From an uncultured Carnobacteriaceae bacterium (GTDB lineage: Bacteria; Bacillota; Bacilli; Lactobacillales; Carnobacteriaceae_A), in assembly GCA_964624875.1 (NCBI GenBank), contig CAZUZA010000001.1, positions 50,660 to 114,659 on the forward strand: a stretch of DNA of 64,000 nucleotides, in the 5' to 3' direction. A model generated the notes under the pieces. It was given only the letters and a program-made list of their open reading frames with translations. It had not been told where the DNA came from and made no database searches. The position numbers and the translations under genes are program-made. Numbering within the stretch: the first letter of the stretch is position 1; each line of letters opens with the position of its first letter. Below, one piece after another: positions 58,952 to 64,000 of this stretch.

Positions 58952-60652
58952 TTGGATTACAAAAATATAATCGCTGAAGATTTATCCACTCAATTGAGTG
59001 AGCACTTATCACTCGAACAAATTATTCAATTACTAGAAAAACCAAAAAATGATGAACATGGTGACTTAGCATTTCCTACTTTTCAACTAGCAAAAGTATT
59101 CCGTAAAAACCCTGCTGAGATTGCAAAAGATATAGCTGAAAACTTTTCTTCTGATGTTGTTGAATCAGTTGATGTTATCGGACCATATTTAAACTTTAAA
59201 TTAGACAAGCAAAAAGTATCAACGCAAGTCTTAAACGAAATTTTGTCATTAAAAGGTGCTTATGGGAATCAAGATAAAGGAAAAGGTAAAAATATACCAC
59301 TTGATATGTCATCACCAAACATTGCTAAACCAATGTCTATGGGTCATTTACGATCGACCGTTATTGGTAATGCACTATCGAATATTGTAGAAAAATTAGG
59401 TTTCCAACCTGTTCGTATCAACCACTTAGGTGATTGGGGTACTCAATTCGGACGTTTAATTACAGCTTACAAAATGTGGGGAGAAGAAGAAAAAGTTCGT
59501 GCGAACCCTATTAAAGAATTAAACGAATTGTATATTCGATTCCACGAAGTACTTGAAGAAGAACCTGAACTTGAAGATACTGGCCGTGAGTGGTTCAAGA
59601 AACTTGAAGATGGCGACGAAGAAGCTACTGAATTATGGCGTTGGTTCCGTGATGAATCACTAAATGAATTCAACAAAGTTTACAAGCGTTTAAGAGTTTC
59701 TTTTGATTCGTACAATGGTGAATCTTTCTACAACGATAAGATGGATGAAATTGTTGAGATCTTAGAAGAAAAAGAATTATTAGTTGAAGATCAAGGTGCA
59801 CAAGTTGTTCGTTTAGATGAATTTGATTTACAACCTGCTCTAATTAAAAAACAAGATGGTGCAACACTTTATATCACTCGTGATATCGCTGCTGCCCTAT
59901 TTAGAAAACGTAACTATGATTTTGAACAATCTTTATATGTTGTTGGACAAGATCAAATCTATCACTTCACTCAATTAAAAGCTGTTTTAAATAAAATGGG
60001 CTATGAGTGGGAAGAAGATATTCACCACATCAGCTTTGGTTTAATTTCAATTGATGGTGAAAAAATGTCTACCCGTCGTGGTAAAGTTGTCTTACTTGAA
60101 GATGTTTTAGATGAAGCTGTAACTCGTGCTGCAAACCAAATCAACGATAAAAATCCTGGTTTAGAAAACAAAGAAGAAGTTGCTGAACAAGTTGGTGTGG
60201 GTGCTGTAGTATTCCATGATTTACAACATGATCGTCGTAACAACTTTAATTTCAACTTAGATGATATCGTTCAATTTGAAGGAGAAACTGGGCCGTATGT
60301 TCAGTACACTCGCGCTCGTGCACTAAGTATTTTAAAAAGAGCTGGCGTAGACCCAACTCATTTTGAAGACGAAAAAGAATTCACATTAACTGATTCTTAT
60401 AGCTGGTCAGTTGTAAAATTAATTCAATCATTTGATGATGTACTTGACCGTGCTTATCGTGAATTTGAACCTTCAGTTATTGCAAAACATGCATTAAGTA
60501 TGGCGCAAGCTTTCAATCGTTTTTATGCAAACGTCCGTGTGTTAGAAGACGGACCTGAAAAAGACAGTCGCTTAGCTTTAGTCTACGCTGTTGCATTAAT
60601 GTTAGAGGAAGACCTAAGAATTTTAGGTGTTCAGGCTCCTGATGAAATGTAA
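58952..60652 (+). CDS. argS: Arginine--tRNA ligase
   Basis: SSPNIAKPMSMGHLRST, NHLGDWGTQFG, YITRD, KMSTRRG and GETGPYVQY motifs. Confidence 0.99.
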   Translation: MDYKNIIAEDLSTQLSEHLSLEQIIQLLEKPKNDEHGDLAFPTFQLAKVFRKNPAEIAKDIAENFSSDVVESVDVIGPYLNFKLDKQKVSTQVLNEILSLKGAYGNQDKGKGKNIPLDMSSPNIAKPMSMGHLRSTVIGNALSNIVEKLGFQPVRINHLGDWGTQFGRLITAYKMWGEEEKVRANPIKELNELYIRFHEVLEEEPELEDTGREWFKKLEDGDEEATELWRWFRDESLNEFNKVYKRLRVSFDSYNGESFYNDKMDEIVEILEEKELLVEDQGAQVVRLDEFDLQPALIKKQDGATLYITRDIAAALFRKRNYDFEQSLYVVGQDQIYHFTQLKAVLNKMGYEWEEDIHHISFGLISIDGEKMSTRRGKVVLLEDVLDEAVTRAANQINDKNPGLENKEEVAEQVGVGAVVFHDLQHDRRNNFNFNLDDIVQFEGETGPYVQYTRARALSILKRAGVDPTHFEDEKEFTLTDSYSWSVVKLIQSFDDVLDRAYREFEPSVIAKHALSMAQAFNRFYANVRVLEDGPEKDSRLALVYAVALMLEEDLRILGVQAPDEM

Positions 60653-60669
60653 TTTATTATAGAAAACAT

Positions 60670-60716
60670 AAAAAAACTGGTTCTCACCTATTCAATTAGG
60701 TTTGAGAATCAGTTTT
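60670..60716. terminator. Bidirectional terminator between argS and the ZIP gene
   Basis: AAAACTGGTTCTCA...TGAGAATCAGTTTT. Confidence 0.8.
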
Positions 60717-60722
60717 ATTTTT

Positions 60723-61535
60723 TTAGCCTAATGCTACATCCAATGTCATCATAATAGCAAAACCAAACATGAAAGCTATTGTTGCTATTTCACTGTAACC
60801 ATTGCTTTGCGAACTCGGTATGAGTTCTTCCACACAGACGAAAATCATAGCACCTGCTGCAAATGCTAAAGCATAAGGGAGTACAATCGTCATTTGAGAA
60901 ACTAATAACGCTCCTATTGTCGCCGCTACAATTTCTGGAAGTGCACTTGACTGCCCTAAGTTAAAGGCATGTGCCTTACTTTTACCACCTGCACGTATGG
61001 GCATAGATAAAGCTGCTCCTTCAGGAAAATTTTGCAAACCTATCCCTAGTGTAAGTACAATCGCACTTGCTAATGTTGATGCGCCCTCTCCGGCTGCACC
61101 AAAGGCAACACCAATCGCTAAGCCTTCAGGTATATTATGAATTGTCACTGCCAAAAAAAGTAATGCCGTTGAAGACAAAGTGGATTCAACCCCTTCTCTC
61201 TCTTTTACCCCTTTTGCTCGCATATGAATATGTGGGACAATCCCATCTATCACTCTTAAAAAGAAGCCTCCAAATAAGAAACCAATAACCGCTGGTAAAA
61301 AAGACCAGATACCGTAGCCACCTTCTTCAGCAAATTCGATCGATGGTGCAAGTAATGACCAATAACTTGCAGCAAACATAACACCCGCTGCAAAGCCGTT
61401 CATAATAGCTAATAATTTTTCATCCACTTCATGAAATAAAAACACTAGACTTGATCCCAAGGCAGTTACTAACCATGTAAATGTGCCGGCTAAAGTAGCT
61501 TGCCATACGGGACTTAACTCTATAAACCATTCCAA
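60723..61535 (-). CDS. ZIP (GufA/ZupT) family divalent metal transporter
   Basis: GFAAGVM, HNIPEGLAIG, QNFPEG and AFAAGAMIFV..EELIP motifs. Confidence 0.95.
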   Translation of the reverse strand: MEWFIELSPVWQATLAGTFTWLVTALGSSLVFLFHEVDEKLLAIMNGFAAGVMFAASYWSLLAPSIEFAEEGGYGIWSFLPAVIGFLFGGFFLRVIDGIVPHIHMRAKGVKEREGVESTLSSTALLFLAVTIHNIPEGLAIGVAFGAAGEGASTLASAIVLTLGIGLQNFPEGAALSMPIRAGGKSKAHAFNLGQSSALPEIVAATIGALLVSQMTIVLPYALAFAAGAMIFVCVEELIPSSQSNGYSEIATIAFMFGFAIMMTLDVALG

Positions 61536-61552
61536 TATAATCTACTCCTAAC

Positions 61553-61609
61553 TTTAGGTTTTCATAATATTATTTTTAGTCTCGCTTAAATATTTAGGTT
61601 ATTATATCA
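61553..61609 (-). promoter_or_regulatory. Extended -10 promoter with candidate tandem DtxR/MntR-type boxes upstream of the ZIP gene
   Basis: TGaTATAAT at 61609-61601 (minus strand); TTTAG half-sites at 61553, 61575 and 61593; the central one reads TTTAG-N6-TTAAA. Confidence 0.45.
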
Positions 61610-61702
61610 ACAATCACATTTTTATGCATTTATTTACTGTTAAAAAACAAAAAACTTCCCATAAATTTTAATGAGAAGTTTTTCCTTAATTACTTTGATT
61701 GT

Positions 61703-62359
61703 TTAAACATATAAATAAATACTAAAGAACATAAATCCAGCACCAGCTATTACAAACAAATGCCATACGACATGCATCCAGCCATTTTCTTTCATTTGGT
61801 AAAATATTGTTCCTACAGAATAAAAAATTCCACCAGTAAATAACAATATAATTCCCATTACGTTAAAAGATAAATACAATGGATAAATGAGCAATAGTCC
61901 CATCCACCCCATTAATAAATACAAATAGGTACTTAATTTTGGAAAACGATTTGTCCACACGACTTCGAAAATAATTCCAGCTAATGCAATTGTCCAGACA
62001 ACACCTAGAAATACATAACCCATTGTCCCACCTACAGTAGCCAATAAGTATGGTGTGTAGGAACCTGCTATTAACAAATAAATTGAAGCATGATCAATTT
62101 TCTGGAATATATCTTTCATATTTGTAAAACTCAGTGAATGATACATTGTAGACGAGAAAAACAAGGTAATTAAACTGGCTCCATAAATGATGTAAGAAGT
62201 GAGTTCTGGTACGGACAACGTTGGTGCAACTAGTGCTTTTTGAATCAGCATGATAAGACCTATAACCCCTAATACCGTAGCAATACCATGGGTTAGTGCA
62301 TTAAATACTTCAATAAGAATCTCATTTCTATTTCTTGTCATAGTTTCTCTACTTATCAT
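61703..62359 (-). CDS. Hemolysin III / PAQR family membrane protein
   Basis: NALTHG, SSTMYH, DHASIYLLIAGSYTP, YLLMGW, GG..YS.G and HVVWH.FV motifs; start at 62359 from the GGAGG RBS. Confidence 0.93.
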   Translation of the reverse strand: MISRETMTRNRNEILIEVFNALTHGIATVLGVIGLIMLIQKALVAPTLSVPELTSYIIYGASLITLFFSSTMYHSLSFTNMKDIFQKIDHASIYLLIAGSYTPYLLATVGGTMGYVFLGVVWTIALAGIIFEVVWTNRFPKLSTYLYLLMGWMGLLLIYPLYLSFNVMGIILLFTGGIFYSVGTIFYQMKENGWMHVVWHLFVIAGAGFMFFSIYLYV

Positions 62360-62379
62360 CTCTATGAACCTCCCAAGTT

Positions 62380-62886
62380 TCAATCCAATTTATCATTCTG
62401 ATAGTGCTTTTCTAAATCCATCCCTCTAAAACTTTGTTGTCTTAATGCTTCATAAATGATAATTGCTGCTGTATTCGATAAATTTAATGAACGAATATGG
62501 GTATCATCCATTGGAATTCGGATACATCTCTCTTCATTTTCTCGCATGAACTTTTCTGGTAGTCCAGTCGTTTCTTTACCGAAGATAAAATAATGATCTT
62601 CATTCGTATCGGAGTAGTCAACTTCTGAATACGTTTTGTGGGCAAATTTAGAAACTAAGTGGATTTGGCCATCCTTTGCATATTCTAAAAAAGCACGTAA
62701 GTTTTTATGGTAAGTAATTTTTAAGTCATTCCAATAATCTAGGCCTGCTCTTCTTAAATGCTTATCATTTAAGTCAAAGCCTAATGGAAATATTAAGTGT
62801 AAGTGTGCATCTGTACCAGCACAAGTCCGTGCAATATTTCCTGTGTTTGGTGGTATTTGCGGTTTATATAATACAATATGATTCAT
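62380..62886 (-). CDS. trmL: tRNA (cytidine/uridine(34)-2'-O)-methyltransferase
   Basis: PQIPPNTGNIARTC, LRRAGLDYW, FGKETTGLP and RIPM....RSLNLSN motifs. Confidence 0.97.
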   Translation of the reverse strand: MNHIVLYKPQIPPNTGNIARTCAGTDAHLHLIFPLGFDLNDKHLRRAGLDYWNDLKITYHKNLRAFLEYAKDGQIHLVSKFAHKTYSEVDYSDTNEDHYFIFGKETTGLPEKFMRENEERCIRIPMDDTHIRSLNLSNTAAIIIYEALRQQSFRGMDLEKHYQNDKLD

Positions 62887-62899
62887 TTAGCATTTTCCT

Positions 62900-64000
62900 T
62901 TATAAGTTACTTTTCAGTTCGTTAATTGCCAAACTGAATTCTTCAATTGTTTCTGTCTCTTCTTCTCTTTCAAGTGCTTCTTCTAAAAATGTAATGATTT
63001 GAGTATTCGGTTGGCGAGTCATAATTTTAGAAATTGCCCATGCCGACGTTCCACGAATCATCGGACGAGGATCCGTTTCAATTAATTCCAATAATTTAGG
63101 AACAGCTGACTTATCTCTATAGTTGGCTAATGCAATAATGGCATTTCTTTGAAGAGGCTTCTTTCCTCGCCAAGATCCAGCCATCTCACCAAACTGATCT
63201 TTAAATTCTCGATTGGACAAAGACAACATCGGTTCTAGCTCTGGACGAACCTTGTTATAATCGGGTTCCATCTCCTCATGCAGGTGAAAATCGACACCAC
63301 GGTTGTATGGACAAACTATCTGACAAATATCACAACCATAGATGACTTTCCCCATTTTACGACGATATTCATCTGGCATATATTTTTTTGTTTGTGTTTG
63401 GTACGATAAGCACTTTTGGGCGTTTATTTCACCATTCCCAAGCAATGCTTGTGTAGGACAACCATCAATACAACGTCTACAATCACCACAATCGTAATCT
63501 ACTGGTGCGTCAGCTTCGAAAGGTATATTCGTTATTATTTCACCCAAATATACATAAGAACCAAACTCTTTAGTGATCAATAAACCGTTACGCCCAATAA
63601 AGCCAATTCCTGATCGTGCAGCTACGGCGACGTCAATTAACTCTCCCGTATCAACCATCGGCTTAAACCTTGCCTCAGCACCTAGCTCTTCTTGCATGTA
63701 GTCAATGAGTTCATCAAGGTGTTCTCTTAATATAAAATGATAGTCTCTACCCCAAGACGCACGAGCAAACTCTCCACGACGCTCACCTCGTACTCGTTTA
63801 GGTTCATTTTCTATACGCGAGGGATAAGCTAGTGCAATTGATATAATGGATTGTGGATTACCAAATATTTTATCTGGATAAATTCGTTCTTCTAGAACTT
63901 TGTGCTCGAATCCCGATTGGTGTCCTTTTTTATGTTGCTCTTTAATGGAAATTTCCAGCTCATAAAAAGGTTCGGCACTTGCGAAACCAATTTTATTGAT
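62900..64000 (-). CDS. queG: Epoxyqueuosine reductase (5' end beyond the window)
   Basis: The frame stays open to 64000 ([12 protein letters not shown]...[10 protein letters not shown]); [20 protein letters not shown] and [10 protein letters not shown] Fe-S motifs; C-terminal HEAT-like RNAIIAL. Confidence 0.96.
   Translation of the reverse strand: MNKIGFASAEPFYELEISIKEQHKKGHQSGFEHKVLEERIYPDKIFGNPQSIISIALAYPSRIENEPKRVRGERRGEFARASWGRDYHFILREHLDELIDYMQEELGAEARFKPMVDTGELIDVAVAARSGIGFIGRNGLLITKEFGSYVYLGEIITNIPFEADAPVDYDCGDCRRCIDGCPTQALLGNGEINAQKCLSYQTQTKKYMPDEYRRKMGKVIYGCDICQIVCPYNRGVDFHLHEEMEPDYNKVRPELEPMLSLSNREFKDQFGEMAGSWRGKKPLQRNAIIALANYRDKSAVPKLLELIETDPRPMIRGTSAWAISKIMTRQPNTQIITFLEEALEREEETETIEEFSLAINELKSNL

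Noticed and set aside
61703-62359. Hemolysin as a virulence factor
   Set aside because: Hemolysin III/PAQR proteins are widespread housekeeping membrane proteins; the name alone is not evidence of toxicity.
1-64000. CRISPR arrays, tRNA/rRNA genes, IS elements, prophage, toxin-antitoxin or biosynthetic gene clusters
   Set aside because: Intergenic gaps are all under about 350 nt and are explained by promoters, leaders and terminators; I saw no spaced repeats, transposase, integrase or phage motifs by eye.

Overview
A low-GC Firmicute (Bacilli) chromosomal segment. Gene content and protein style suggest Lactobacillales, probably Carnobacteriaceae-like; this is an inference. It is almost entirely core housekeeping DNA, mostly on the minus strand. 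In order: dps (partial), pcp, ltaE, a short-chain CHR pair, an M17 aminopeptidase, a cytoplasmic alpha-amylase, an atypical pyk-tag-nadC cluster, rplS with its L19 leader, rluD-lspA, addAB, pepT-nif3-trmK, rplY, sigA-dnaG, a SWIM/SNF2 helicase, T-box-controlled glyQS, recO-era-cdd-dgkA-ybeY-phoH-yqeY-rpsU, zur, glcK-gluP-rpmG-pbp, sodA, cshB, zwf, argS, a ZIP transporter, trmL and queG (partial). I saw no rRNA, tRNA, CRISPR array, IS element, prophage or recognisable defence island, and I cannot claim a clearly new multi-gene system. The best leads are: (1) a lipoprotein fusing a helical stalk and acidic repeat linker to a DUF4015-like glycoside hydrolase; (2) a Pyk2-type pyruvate kinase-tag-orphan nadC operon; (3) an uncharacterised 558-aa membrane-anchored protein inside the recO-glyQ block; (4) tandem DtxR/MntR-like boxes before the ZIP gene; (5) candidate structured leaders for rplY and rpsU; (6) an AddB lacking all Fe-S cysteines; (7) a KTGH class B PBP; (8) a frameshifted SDR. 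All family calls come from motif recognition, not database searches.
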